From Cetorhinus maximus (lineage: Eukaryota): a DNA stretch of 64,000 nucleotides. A program made the translations under genes and the position numbers. Every line of letters begins with the position of its first letter. Position 1 is the first letter of the stretch. The stretch covers positions 20,150,001 to 20,214,000 of the forward strand of contig NC_135887.1 in assembly GCF_964194155.1 (NCBI RefSeq). Reading direction: 5' to 3'. The notes under the pieces were generated by a model. That model made no database searches. It saw only the letters and a program-made list of their open reading frames with translations, and was not told the DNA's origin. This document shows positions 13,380 through 28,062 of the stretch, one piece after another.

Positions 13380-13834
13380 TAGTTTCCTCAAAACTCTGTG
13401 GGGTTATATCTAAGCCGTTATGCTGGTTTATCAAACTGATTAATCTGGTACTGATGCAGGTTGGGTTGACATTTAAGTTTTTCTAAACAAAACAGATCAT
13501 TAATATTTAAAATGGCTGAACCTAATCTGTTCCTTTACTAAGCAAGTGCTACATGTCTGTATATTGGCTGCTCATGTACCAACAACAGTATTTGTCAGGT
13601 GGTTGACCCAGTTAGTTTTCCTGGTGCTAATAGATGTCTATTACCATGTTTGGGTGTTGAATTTACATACTGATGTAAGTATCTGTTCATGATCAAATAG
13701 ACAATTCAAGAAAACACTTCAAACTGAGCCAAGAGCCTTCAGTACACTAAGCCCACTTGAAAGGTCAGGGCGCAGCAGTGGATTTTTAGAAAAATAGCTT
13801 TGAGGAATGGAGAGCTCTTTTACCCACATGAGCA

Positions 13835-14200
13835 TCAACCATGGTTCAGTTGGCAGCACCCTTGCCTTAGCCACAAGGTTTTGGGTTCAATTCCCACTTC
13901 AGGGCATGAGTATAAAATCAATGCACTAGCAGTGTCGGCAATGTTGGAGCACTGACTGTTTGAGGTGCTGTACTTTGGATGAGACATTAAGCCAAGGCCC
14001 CGTCTGCCTACTTAAGTGGATGTAAAAAATCCCTTGGCTCTTGTGAAGAGCTGGGGAGTTGTCTTCAGTGTCCTGGCCAATATTTATCCCTCATCAACAT
14101 AATTGGAACAGATTATCTGGTCATAATCACATTTTGTGGGATCATGTGCATAAATTGGCTGAACTTTGAGACATCTGGTGGTCATGAAGAATGCAAGTTT
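13835..14200 (+). mobile_element. tRNA-derived Deu-domain SINE (SacSINE1/AmnSINE1-like)
   Basis: A box TGGTTCAGTTGG 13842-13853, B box GGTTCAATTCC 13884-13894; core ggatgagacattaagccaaggccccgtctg...gtgtcctggccaatatttatccctca...cagattatctggtcat. Confidence 0.8.
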
Positions 14201-15411
14201 TTAGCATCCATAGCAACAGAGAAACGGCTTTACTTATGTGATTGGGTGCTTGTGCATCCTCCAGAATGGTTTATCTGAGGGAAAGAGCTTTCCACGTTCT
14301 AGAGTTTGTTTACCTTGCCACAGGAAAGTGCATGTGAATTTGAGTGGGGGGAGGGGGTGGTGGTAGCAGTACAAGTTTCCTGCTCCAATTTTGCATTCAC
14401 AAGCCAGGAAGAAACAGCCATTGTCTTCACCTGATGGACCTGCTTTTTCTTGAGCTTTGAGCAAAGGTGGATGGCAGCCCCATGTCTGTCTCTGCTTTAT
14501 AAAGTGAATAAGTCAGCTACAGGGTCAGTCTACCTACAGATTTGTGCTCAACCAGAGAAACTGCAGCTTTGCCCTGACAGAGACCTGTTGTGATTTCCTT
14601 CCCAGATGTTCTTGATCTGTCCTAACACTTTTTATGTAAGCTCAAGGTGCTGGTGTAACCATTTGTCGTTTGATTTTTTTCCCCTAATGCTGAAAATGCA
14701 GTTAATAATTGAAGTTACATGGCTCCAGGTGCCATTTGAAATGGGAAATATAGAAACAGAGCTGAATTGTGTGGGAAGGGGATTCTTGACATTGTTGCAG
14801 CTAATTGTGCTGATCAAAATCTGTTGGCTCAAGATTGAGAATTTTTCAGTCCATAAATTTTAGACAGCTGATAACTGTCTCAAAGGTATCATACTTGCAG
14901 GTTTCTCAGGCCATGCAGAAAAGTACAGAAAAGACCTTGCAATGCTCCATGCTTGGAGACTAACAGCCATCATCTAGTGATCATAACATACACTAGCCTC
15001 AAAATACCTCAGTGGACTTGAATTCCAAACTAATGCCACTGAAAAAACACAATTCTTCTTGTCAAATGTTACAAGTCTACCAACCTTTTTCTTTGGACAG
15101 AAATCTCCTTTCCTTCATTAACACTAAAGATTGAATTTATTGTTTTGTACCTTGATGCCTGCATTCTTTCCCTGCCTTGTACAAAGGCACTAGTCTTTTC
15201 CATCAATGCATTTGCAACAGTTCAAAAATCAGATGTAATTGGTTCTGTTGTAATGGGACAGTTTCTGCAGAGATGCTGTAGCCATTGGACTATTCGATTT
15301 TTGTAGGCAGTAGTTGCAATTTTATGTAAAAACTACAATAGTAAGTTTTCATGATTCTATGGCCTTGAGTGGGTATGCAATAATTAATGGCTGTCTTTCT
15401 TTCCTGAAAAG

Positions 15412-15585
15412 ATAAGTGCAAAGCATGATGTTGTTTTCCTAATCACTAAATATGGATACATCCATCTATATGATTTGGAGACTGGGACCTGTATCTACAT
15501 GAACAGAATCAGTGGAGAGACCATCTTTGTTACAGCAGGACATGATGCCACATCTGGAATAATTGGAGTGAATAGAAAGGGTCAG
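15412..15585 (+). CDS. CLTC: exon 6 (174 nt)
   Basis: gaaaag|ATAAGT...TCAG|gtaggc; [25 protein letters not shown]...GVNRKGQ. Confidence 0.97.
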
Positions 15586-15899
15586 GTAGGCAAACAATGT
15601 ATTTGAGCTGGAATTACTTCATTGTAAGGTTCTGATTTTACACTTGAACTGCATGTATGAGAAGTTTATGAACCAATTCAAGAAGATACTTGTAATTCAA
15701 AAACAACATCACAGCACTTTTCTTAGCTCGCCCAAGAAACCTGTTTTACTAATACTTGAGGTGTTGATTCTCATGGCTTTGCAAAATTTAGGAGTAAATA
15801 GCAGTCCACTTCAATCTTCCTGTCGGTATTCTTGGTTTTCAATGATAGATTCCATTTCTGCCCCCACAAGTTGCCTCCAATCTGCTGTGGATTTGTACT

Positions 15900-16570
15900 A
15901 CTTCACCTTGACCCCATCTGTATGCTGCCCCTTGGCAGAACATCCATGGACATGAGCTCAGCCCCCATGAGTATACTGACTCTTCTCAACCTCTTAGTTC
16001 ATACAAGACAAGCTTGTTTCTTCCAACTAGACATTGGTAGCAACCCATGGTCATCAACCACCACCATATGTGGATCCCAGTCTCTTCCTGGTCCACTAAG
16101 CTGAACCAGACTATTTGCAACTTTGTCCTATTCAACATAATTCCAGCTCTTTAATATTGCTTATTACGACCTTTGTCTTGGACTGTCTGCTCCAATTCCA
16201 AAACTTTTCTGGTCAGCCTCTTGTTCTCTACCCTCCTTTCAGCTCCTCCCAAACTCCGACTGTCTTAACTTCTGCATTTGCTGACATATTGGCTACAAAT
16301 TCCAATCAATTCCATGTTAAAATCCCTCTGATCTTTCTGTTCCTGATCTAATGTCATTTGCATCTCTTGCTGCATGAATCCCACTTTCGGCGCACTAACT
16401 TCCTTGGACCCCCACGCTTGGAGGGATTTGAAACTTCATACCACAGACCCTCTAAAACAACCTTTTTAACCAAGCATTAATTTCTCCTCATCTTATTTGG
16501 TACAGTATCCTGTGCACCACTCGAGTCCCTTGATGCCTTTTCTGTTAAAGGTGCTATACTGAATAAATCA
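15900..16570 (+). mobile_element. Degenerate L2-like LINE fragment
   Basis: C/T-rich tract ending gttaaaggtgctatactgaataaa. Confidence 0.4.
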
Positions 16571-17339
16571 TCTGGCCAATAAAACTACATATCAATTTGC
16601 ATGGTGGCTTTAGTTTGTTTTAACTAAAGCAAGCTCCTGCTCAGTTCAGAAACTAGCTTATTGCTTCATAAATTATAAAACATGCTTCTTGATTTCACTT
16701 TAAATTCTGAAGTTTTTGGTGAGCAGGTAGTGGATTGAATCTTTGGCTGATTTACACTATTTTCTAGAATGCTAATTCAGATTAGGGGAACTGTTAGTGA
16801 CCTTTTATTGCTTTGCAATACACAGAAAATAGTCTTGTGACCATTTGTAATTAAGTACAAGGTGTTCAGGTGGCAACAGCAGCATGCTTGTGAAGAGGAA
16901 GTGTTGTTCCAAAAGTCAGTCAATTGATCCATCACTTGCCAGTTATAGCAGCATAAATTTTTAATGTTGAAATGTGATTGGTAGTGGCAGTCATTGTACT
17001 TAACCAAAGGTTATTGTTCAGTTTTCCTTTTGGCAGACGGTGGGGAAGATGGTTGCTGCTTGAATTAGTTCTATAAATTTGTACCCTTTGTGTAGAATAT
17101 CAGCATATTATTTGGTATCTGAAATAAGTTTTCAACTTGGCACCATTTGTTTTGTTTGTAGGCGCAGGGACCGCACCTTTGTTTAAACTGGCTTCCATTA
17201 ACTTTGGAGGCACAATTTTAAAGAGCTTGTACAGAGTGGAGGTAGTTTGTTTTGGAAATAGCTGCAGTAATTTGGTAGTCATGACTTGCGGCTGGGGGGT
17301 GGTGGGGAGGAGAGGGGCTAAGAAATTGAGATGAAAGAT

Positions 17340-17630
17340 GTCGCAAAGTACAGCCAATGAAGTACTTTTTGAAGTGTAGTCATTAATGCAAGAAATCTGG
17401 GAGCCAATTTGCACACAGCAAGCTCCCTCAAACAGCAGTGCAATAATGAGCAGGATTTTTTTTGAAAAGAGTGCCATAGGATCTCTTACACTAACCTGAG
17501 AAGGTAGATAGACTACAAGTCTCATCTGAGACTGCATTTCCAACCATGTAGTTACTGTTGGGACTGCACTAGACTGTCAGCCCAGATTTTTGCACTCTAG
17601 TCTCGAGTGAAACTTGGAACCCACAACATG
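17340..17630 (-). mobile_element. Deu-domain SINE
   Basis: Reverse complement of the same core (acagccaatgaagtactttttgaagtgtagtca...gcacacagcaagctccc...gtgccataggatct...gaacccacaac). Confidence 0.72.
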
Positions 17631-17649
17631 CTTTAATATCTAGTTGAAG

Positions 17650-18262
17650 TGGGAGACTGATTGCAGACTCTGCAGTACAGAGGGACCTGGATGACCTGAT
17701 ACATGAATCATGAATTTAGTATGCAGGTACAGCAAGTGATTAGGAAGTGGAATGCTTATTGCAAGGGGAATAGAGTATAAAAGAAGGGAATTTGAGTTGT
17801 GCAGTTGGTGAGACTGCATTTGGAGCAATGTACAGTTTTGGTCTCCTTGGGATTTAATTGCATTAGAAGCAATTCAGAAGGTTCACTTTTTCATTCCCTG
17901 GGATGAGGGACAGGTTGGCCCTCTGTCCATTTAGTTTAGAATGAGGTGAGGGGGCTTGACAGGGTAGATGCTGAGGGTGTACTCCCCCTTGTGGGGAAAA
18001 CTAGAACTAGGGGGTGCAGTTTCAAAATAAGGCCTCTTATTTAAGACTGAGGAATTTCTTCTCCCAAGAGGTCTTTCCCCAGAGCAGTGGAGGCAACGTC
18101 ATTGAATATTTTTAAGGCTGAGTAAGATTCACTCCCTTGCCAGTCAAGAACCTGCCGGTCAAAAACGTACGGTTCTAGGGGAGACCAGAAAGTAGAGGCC
18201 ATAACTGCATCAGTCATGATCTTATCAAATGGCAGATTAGACTCGAGGGACCAAATGGTCTC
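17650..18262 (+). mobile_element. CR1 LINE 3' fragment
   Basis: gtacagagggacctgg...tacagttttggtctcctt...ctagaactagggg...gagggaccaaatggtc; collinear with the CR1 at 62.8-64 kb in the opposite orientation. Confidence 0.8.
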
Positions 18263-19459
18263 TTAACAAACAAATTAGGAGCAAATAACTTCCCCTACCT
18301 CACCATCCTCCAGTGGATGTCTGCCTCCTCTTGTATACAAAACTGAATAACTGAAATACCATTTGCTGTTTTCAATTGTTTGACTGTAATCCTGACCCTA
18401 CACTTCCTAGAACGGTTTGGCTCCATCAAATGTGAATAGATAAATATTTCCTCATTTACTCCATGCTTCCATGTTGAGTTCTTATCTTGCATTAATCTGA
18501 ATGCAGAAGCAGCCTGGAATTTCTTCCCATACAAGCAAATGGCTGTCCATAACCATAGTGCCAATGCACTGCCATGGTGCATATAACATTTTGTCCTCAC
18601 TTAGTATACAATTTCATCTTTGCATGTGGGTTGGTAATGCAACTCCTTGCCTTTAATGTCTAACTAAAATGTTACTGTTTGTGGATTGAGCATATTTACA
18701 CTTAAATTAACGTTTTGTCATGCAGCTAAGTATCTAATTTTTGTGGAATGGGGCAATTACAAATCTGACATACAGCTATTGCCATTAGTTGCATACAAAC
18801 CATTTTGGGCTTTTCAGAAATAACCATCCTCTGTTGCTCTAAAATTAGACTTACCAGTGTAAACCTGCCGTGTATGCTAATACTGCAAATTTGCAGTGTC
18901 TGAACTAATTGCCACACTTATCTCCTGTGTAGGGGCACCAGAAATGGGCTAGGATCAAGGCTGGAGTTTGTCTATGTTGATAGATTAGATTAGTACTTGC
19001 TTTGGTGCTGTGACCTTGAACTCCATAATTGCATTTCATATCCTGTTCTTGTTCTCATCTAAAAAATGCAATGATATCCTGTTAACTATAGTTTTAAATA
19101 GTCTGAACAAGCACTGGCCTGATCCTGAATTCCAAAATCCATTTTAAGTAAAATTCCTTTTGGAGCTATGCATGACCCTATATCGGCTGTCATCTTCAGG
19201 ATCCTTGTCCCAAAAATCTGACCTGATCCCCAAGCTTCAGTCAGCACAAGCTTGGCAGACTCTATCTGGGCCCATTTCAGCAAAAATTAACCTGTCAGTG
19301 TAGTGGATTAGAATTCTTCCCATTCAACACTTGACAGCTGCTAGGTTGGTGTCCTAATGAATACGCTTCTCCCAGATGTGGCAGGTTTCAGGGTTTTAGT
19401 TGGCTTACACCAGTAACTTCCCAATGTAGTGTGGTTATTGGTCTCCTGTGCTGTAAATG

Positions 19460-19880
19460 ACCTTAAGCCCATCAAGTCAATGCTGGCTCTCCCAGGGAGC
19501 AATCCAATCAATCCCATCCCCATAGCCCTGCAAGCTTTTCTTAGTGCCCATCCAATTTCCTTCTGAAGTCGGAGGGTGGTGGAAGCAGGGGCAGAGACAG
19601 AGTCCCAGGCAATTACCAATTGAATTTACAAAAATCTTCTCCTCATTCTTCTGCATCTCATACCAAAACCCTTCAGTTGATTCGTTTATTCATGTTACCT
19701 TTTTTTATTCAAACCTGTCTCTTGTATCAAATCTCCTTTGCTCAGAGGAGGACCACCTCAGCTTTTCTGACCTAAGCTCGTTAAAATCCCTGATCCCGAA
19801 ATCATTCTGGTAAATCATCTCTGCACCCTTTCAAGGGCCCTTATCCTTACTAAAAGTGACCTGAACTGATACTAAAGTTT
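19460..19880 (-). mobile_element. Degenerate CR1 fragment
   Basis: ccttaagcccatcaagtc...cattctggtaaatcatctctgcaccctttcaaggg. Confidence 0.55.
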
Positions 19881-20666
19881 AAGAATAACTAACTAACCAC
19901 TTCATCCCTGTGTTACATAGTTTTGGAACTGGGTTTCACTTCTCGAATAGAGCACAGATGCAGGCAACCTGATTACTGCCAACCATTTTCTGGTATTTGA
20001 TTACTTCCATATACACCTTGTGATGGATTAATCAGGTCAATATTTATCATCCAGTTTGCCTTTGTTTTTAAAATCAGCATTCAGGAGTCACTTATTCAAA
20101 TTTAATGAATATTGAATACTTAGTTTTGGAGGGTAATATTTGAACAGTGAAATTGGATGGAATAGTAAGTGAAGTGCTAAGCAAGTGAGCTAGCAGTTCT
20201 CCAAACATGAATTTTTTTAGCTTAATCCCAAGGGCACATCCTCCTCCCAGGGACATAAAAACAAGTAGAACATCTAACCTCCTCTGCAAAATGTTAACCT
20301 TGTTTATACCAATACCATGTTGCTGTGTTGTGAAAAGGCACTGGGGCCTAAGCTCTCCAGAAAGAAATTTGGCATCTTGCCATTGAAGATGGTATTTGTC
20401 GAACTTTGCATTTGAATAAATTGCTTTCCTTTGAGATCTTAAAATATATAGCATTGGACTGACTAGAATTTTTCTTAGTGAAACCAAGCAATTTAGTTTT
20501 CACGCTGTGGTGGTATTTTCCCCATAAAGGTCAACCAAAATGATCAGTCTGCATAATGTGAAAATACTGGTATCATACCAGTTTTCAACATTAAATAAAA
20601 TTTGAGTTGGTTCATGTTTTAACTACACTGAATGCTATCCCCTCTGCAGCCAGCTACATTAAATAA

Positions 20667-20957
<291 letters not shown>

Positions 20958-21376
20958 TGACTGCACAAATCTTTTACTTGCCAAGAAGTGGACCAAAGGT
21001 TCATTGGATACAACAGGTGTATTTACAAATGTGGGATGATGTGCAAGAAATTGAAGCATTTAAATTGTGCTACTAGTTGCTTTCTGCACTTAATGACTAG
21101 GTTTGTACTCAGGATATTTCGCAAGTTTAATTTTAATGCACAAGTGGTGTTTGGAGCCACTTTGTAGTAGTCATTGCAGCATTTAGTGCCTTAATTTACC
21201 ATTATGATACTGATGTTGAACCTCTAGCTTGAGTCCTGCTTACCATCCAAATCTGCTTAAATCATGCTTACATAATGTATTAAATCTATTTAGTGGCAGA
21301 TATGAATTTTGAATAAGGGGACATTTTGCTGACCATTTTGGCCATTGTCTCCAGTAGTATTTCATAATTTGAGTAG

Positions 21377-21649
<273 letters not shown>

Positions 21650-23525
21650 TGACAAATGGAATTCCCACTTGGGTTCATCCCCAGGCTAGTCTTAGCACAT
21701 TCTTGTCCATAGTAGTGCAGACTTAATGCAATTGTGTTAGTATTAACATACTTGCTGCATGTTCTTGATAGTGATTCTGGCAAATAAGTGAAACTTGAAT
21801 TGTCCCCCACACTTTTGCTGTTAAACTGCAGTCTAAGTGTTTTCATGATACTAAGAAAACATGAATCTCAAGTGTGTTCTACTTTCCCAGGTGTCTAACT
21901 CTTTCTTTCAAGTTACATTTCTGGTCCTAATGCATTAGAGTTGAGGTTGATAGCCAACCAGAGAATCTTTAAGATAGGCTTTGCAATTTGTTGATTAGTG
22001 GCACAGTTGAATGTTGATGCTTTTTTGAGTTATGTTGGAAGGACTGCATGTATTTTCTTATCTAATTGCCTTGAAGGCTACTACCTTGAAACATGCAGTC
22101 CCAGTAAAGGGTTCACTGGCATACTTGGCCTCTCTGGTCTTGGTTCTAAAGTTGCTCACTTAGCCTTTCTGGGGCCTATCTACAAGGCTGAATGCTGAAC
22201 ATTGTAGCTGCTCCATTCAGGAGCACAAATCCTACATAACCCAGGACCAAAAGGCTTACTTGATTAACTGAACTTGCCAGCCATGCTCTCCAGCACCAAC
22301 AGACTGCAGTATGCACAATCGTGATGCATAGCAGTACCTTGCCAAACTCACTTTCATCTACCTTATCTGCCTTATAACCTTTACACAGAAATAGAAATGA
22401 ACAGTGTTATAGGACCACCTTCATTTCCTCTTCCCAAGTCACATGATCCTGATTTGGACATGTCACTAATGCCAGGGTTTTGACCCAGTTGTCCAAAGGT
22501 GCTAATGGTTCATGGTCCATTACCTTGGCAACAAGGGATGGGTAATTGTGCCCTTTCCAATATGTCCCTTGAAAGCTGAATCCTTGGAGAGACTAATTGG
22601 ATAGTTTTGGGCAGGACAAGGTATTGACTTTAATTTGCCGAAACTAGGTTGAAGCAACTCCAGACAATGGGTGCCAATAATTGTTTTGTGTATTTAAGAG
22701 CAAATTAAACCAAGTAAGGAGAAAATCTGAAGGTGAATGAGATGAGATGACTTGGTTTTTATCCTTTTGAGTCCAAGCTTAAATAGTGACCTGGAAAGCC
22801 ATTTTTGACAGCAGCTTCTTGTAACCTGGTTTCTTCTATGAAAATTTGCTTTCTATCAATAGCCCAATTTGAATCACCTGCTTAATGTCTTCCACTGGTT
22901 AAGATGCCATTATTATAGCATTAGTGTTATATAAAAGGTCTGAAATTAGCTGCTGCCCATCAAATTTGAGGCATTCCAGGTGGTTGAGTTGATTTTTCCA
23001 AATATGGAAGGAAATATTAATCTATTGCACCTGTCTCCAACAATTGCAATAACTTGGACGTGTTGGCTCAAACAATGTAGACTAATGCAAATTTATCTCA
23101 CTTAGTGTTAGCAAATATACTTGCTATCTTAATCCACCTGTCAAGTCTACAGTTGAATGTAGGCAACACTAATTTTTGTGGCTAGCAAATTGCATTGGGC
23201 CTAATAGTATCTCCAACTTTCTTTGCCTACAATGATGCAAAAGCTTTATGATTTTGCACAGGCTTTAGACACTGGAGAAAATAATTTAAATAAACTTGCC
23301 AAGAATTGCTATCTGCTTCTTTGTGCTGAATTCTATTTAAAGTTTGCCTTGTAAACCCAAATGTTAGTCTAAATCTATGGCACCTTTTCTAACCCTTCCT
23401 CTAGTTCCCACATGCATGTACCACAACTGGTTGAGAATGTTTGACTGATTTAGAAAAATGACCTCTAAGCAGTATACTGAACTTTGGTAACTTGTGATTT
23501 TAATGGATCTGTTTTGTTCCTGTAG

Positions 23526-23738
<213 letters not shown>

Positions 23739-23962
23739 TGAAACAATTTACAACTGGTTAAATCTGCTTTCGAGTTTTCCTTTTGAGAATTTTTGTTTGA
23801 ACAAACTTTTGTTGAGTTCCATTCTTTTGTGGCCCATTTGGGGCTATTGCAGATCTGGTCAGTTGTAAGACTCCATTCAAGTCCAAGCCCTATCTGGTTT
23901 TTTTGACCTAAACATGACAATTTTTAATCGTCATGGAGCTGTGTAAAATCCCTCTGTCTTGC

Positions 23963-25105
23963 TCTTATGATCCCAGCTGATACTAACAGACACACCACAT
24001 CCCAGGATGGAACCTGGCTTGATAGATCCTAACTTTTTTTATTTGGAAATGTGGAGGGTGGCTACTGAACAGTCACAGGAGTCAGCTGATGAACCTTACA
24101 AAAAACATTTAAACAAGAAAAGATAAACTATATTACAATACTCCTCCACCCACAACTAAGCCTTTACAGTTATATACAGATTTGTAAGGAGAACACAAGT
24201 GCACTGTAATGTGCACAGTCAATGTAAACCAATAGGTGACCTGTGGTCAGACAAGCCACGCTCTTGAAACCAAGTGACAGATGCCACCCCAAACAGATCC
24301 CATTGATCTCCCATCAACCATCCCAGACACTTGTCACACTGAGCCAACCAACCAGTGAACTGTCTTTTACACGAGGGTTTGCTATCTCAATTTTCTAAGA
24401 ACCTGCTTTGGAATCTTTGCCCAAACGACGTTTCTCTCGCATGTCTTCCACAAGGGTCCACCTCCAGAATTTTGAACTACCCTTCTGATGTTCTATCCTG
24501 CCCCACTTTCCCCTGGATCGCCACATGCACTCATAAATGCACAGTCATGCTAACAGAGCACCACTGCTTCACATGCCCATAGCTGAAGGTCTGTAACTCT
24601 TTACTATCTCCTTGGATGGTTTCTCACAAGTCATTTGTGGTTTAAGTCTGCGTCCTGCAGCTTTCTCCCTTAAGCTTGGAGCCACCTTCTCTGCTCACTT
24701 AACTTAACAGGATCTTTTCCAGATTCCTGTTCTTCCTTTGACTAAGTGGTCTTGAGGCCTTTCTCATTTGTACTCCCTCCTTGGCTTTAGGACCTTCAGA
24801 TTATTTTGAGAAATCTGCAGTTCCCTCTGTGTGTCTAGCCCCTCATGGCACCTGCTTCCAACTGAACTGAAATTTCTTTTTCTCCCTGTCTCTGGGCCTC
24901 CTATTGCTAGGCAACAGCCCAGTATTTTCTACCTTTTTGTTTTAACTCCCCTGCAAGAGTCATAAAACCTCATTAGAATGCAGGCATCTTTTTAAAAGTA
25001 AAACAGAACTCAAGTCTCCCCACTTTCTTCACGGTTTTAATTTGTATGTCTAAAACATCCTAACACCCACAAATACAGAACTTAAACTATCTCTAGTTCC
25101 TAACA
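23963..25105 (-). mobile_element. Probable solo LTR (about 1.14 kb)
   Basis: Minus strand begins TGTTAGG and ends CATAAGA (one change from CATAACA); flanks ttgc/ttcc resemble a 4-bp TSD; no coding capacity. Confidence 0.5.
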
Positions 25106-25109
25106 TTCC

Positions 25110-27570
25110 TTAGGAACACAAGACTAGGAATGGGCCATATGGCCCTACCAGTCAGCTTCACAAGATCGTGGCTCATCTACCTCAAGTTCTACTTTCCCAT
25201 CCTATTCCAAAGCCCTTGATTTCCTTAGTCAAATCTATCTTGATCTTGAATATACTTAGTGACAGAGTATCAAAAACAATCAAAATATCCCCATTCTCAA
25301 TGATGGGGGAGCCTGGCACATCAGTGCAGTGCAAAAGATAAGGCTGAAGCAATTTCAAGAATAATCAGCCATAAGTGACAAGTGGATGATCCATCTTGGC
25401 CTCATCGGGAGGTCCTCCACATCAGATGCCAGTCTTCAGCCAATTTGATTCACTGGGATATCAAGAAATGGCTGAAGGCACTAGACACTGCAAAGGCTAC
25501 GGACCCACAGTATTCTGGCAATAGTACTGTGCTCCAGAACTTTCACTGCAACAATTTGGCTAGGAGCACTATAGCTGCAACACTGGCACAATCCTGGCAA
25601 TGTGGAGAATTGCCCAGGTATGACCCATTCACAAAGTACATTCCAACCTGGCCAATTAGTGCCCCATCAGTCTACTCATCAGTAGTGAAGTGATGAAAGG
25701 GGTCATCAACAGTGCAATTAAACAGCACTTAGCATCAGTGAACAGGTTACTTCTCAGTTTGGGTTCTGTCAGGGTCACCCTGCTCCAACCTTATTACAGC
25801 CTTTGTTAAAACATGGGCAAAGAGCAGAATTCCAGATGTGAGGTGGGTGAGTGACTGTCCTTGACATCAAGGCAGCATTTGAGAGTATGGCATCAAGGAG
25901 CCCTAGCAAAACTGGGGTCAATGGGAATGGGGTGGTGGAAGAGGAACTCTCCACTGGTTGGAGTCATACAAAGCACAAAGGAAAGTGGTTGAAGGTCAAT
26001 CATCTGTTCCAGGGCATCATTGCAGGGGTTACTAAGGGTAGTGTCCTTGGCCCAACCATCTTCAGCTGTTTCATCAATGATCTTAAGGTCAGAAGTGGGG
26101 ATGTTTGCTGATTGCACCATTTGTGACTCCTCATACTGAGGTAGTCCATGTCCAAATGCTGCAAGACCTGGACAATATCCAGGCTTGGGCTGATGACAAA
26201 TGGCAAATAATATTTGCACCACAAGTGTCAGGCAATGACGATCTCCAAGAGAATCTAACCATTGCCCCTTTAACATTCAATTGAATTACCATTGCTGAAT
26301 CCTCTATCAACGTCCTAGGGGTTACCATTGACCAGAAACTGAACTGAATAGCCATATGACTATAACTACGAGCAGGTCAGAGGCTGGGAATTCTGTGGAG
26401 ACTAACTTGCCACCTGACTCCCCAAAGCCTGTCCGCCATCTACAAGGCACAAGTCAGGAGTGATGGAATGCTCCCCACTTGCCTGGATGAGTGCAGCTCC
26501 AGCAACACAAGAGGTTTAGCACCATCCAGGACAAAGCAGCTTGCTTGATTGGCACCCCATCCACAAACATTCACACCCTCCTCCACTGACGGTGGCTGCA
26601 GTGTGTACCATTAAAGATGCGCTCCAGGAACTCAACAAGGCTCCTTAGACACACCTTCCAAGCCCACTAACATCTAGAAGGACAAGGGTAGCAGATACAT
26701 GGCAACACCACCTGGAAGTTCCCCTCCAAGCCACACACCATCCTGACTTGGAAATGTATTGCCATCCCTTCACTGTAACTGGGTCAAAATCCTGGAACTC
26801 CCTAACAGCACTAGGTGTGTCTACACCACATGGACTGCAGCAGTTCACCACCACTTGAGGGCAGTTGGAGATGGGCCTAGCCAGTGATGCCCACATGAAT
26901 TAAAAAATCCCTCTGGTAGGAAATTTCTCAACCCTTGGCAGGGGGGTGGGGGTGGTGAACTGAGCTGAAATTTCTTCAATGATCAAGTCCCCATCCTAAG
27001 ACTAAACTGTTAGTTCTAGACTTTACAGAAAGGGGAAACAGCCTCAGGTAAACTCTACAAATTTGTTTCAAACAGGACCCTCAACTTTTACTGTAAGACT
27101 GATTCCTGAGATGAGAAGACTATCTAGTGAATGCTTGCTTATCCATAATTGTTTAGAGATTTTGTGCATAGTACTCCAGGTGTAGTGTCTCTGTATAACT
27201 GCAGCAAAACTTCCTCACACTTGTACTCTTGACCCCCTTACAATAAAAGGCTGAAATGCCATTAGCCTTCCATTGCTGTGCCTACATGTAAATTTTTCTC
27301 ATGTACAAGGACCCTCCAATCCTCTGCATATCAGCATTTACTGGTGTCACCTTTAAAATATTCTTCTTTATCAGTGGATAATTTCAATTTCTCATTCTAT
27401 TCCATCTACCATGTTCTCACCCAAATCGTGTAACCTATAGGACTCCATGTGTCCTACATGCCACTTTCCCACTCAACATGTATTGTCAGAAAACTTGGAC
27501 ACATCACTGCCCCCTCATCCAAGTCATTGATTATAGATTGTTGTAATTAGCTGATGCATAAGCACTGATC
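25110..27570 (-). mobile_element. Old CR1 fragment split by the family-B LINE (parts at about 25110-25278 and 26908-27570)
   Basis: CR1 3' sequence stops at about 25278 and resumes at ccctctggtaggaaatttctc (about 26909). Confidence 0.65.
25280..26907 (+). mobile_element. 5'-truncated CR1-superclade LINE (family B) with a degenerate reverse transcriptase
   Basis: Motifs DIKKWLKALDTAKA, VLDIKAAF, GVTKGSVLGPTIFSCFINDL and (M)FADCT, with frameshifts; A-rich 3' end. Confidence 0.9.
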
Positions 27571-28062
27571 CTTGCAAAGTCATTGTGACCTAAAAATGGC
27601 ACAACTTCTACATTGTTTCCTATCTCTCTGCCTGCCTTCAATCTAAGCTTTAATTGCCCCCTACTAGTGAGTTCTAATCCCAGAAACCTTATCAAAATGC
27701 CCTTTGAAATCACATGGCAGTGCCTGACAGAATTCAATATCTGGGATTGTATTGGGACCAGCTGCATGATATCCACATACAGCAGGCATGAATCTTAGTT
27801 AAAACTTTCCCATTTTAAATGGGAACATTTAAATGTGGTTTTAGGTTGTGATTCTGAAATTCAAAACCTTGCAAATCATTGAACTTTGCAGTAATCTGCA
27901 TTCTCAAAATTGAGAAATTCATTGCAAACCATGCATATCTATGTAGCTATTGAGAAGTTAAAGGAAACTTGGTCTGATGCAGCTAGATGGTTGCTTGGTG
28001 TAGGAGTGATTTGTATCCACAATACTAGATTTATTGCTCAACTGTGGTCTGTCCTTGTTCAG

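Noticed and set aside
13842-13900. tRNA gene (also 6548-6615)
   Set aside because: A and B boxes are present but there is no cloverleaf; at 13842 the sequence continues into a SINE core, and 6548-6615 matches the same SINE head.
17100-17543. 147-aa minus-strand ORF
   Set aside because: It runs through a SINE and unique intron sequence with no protein-like features.
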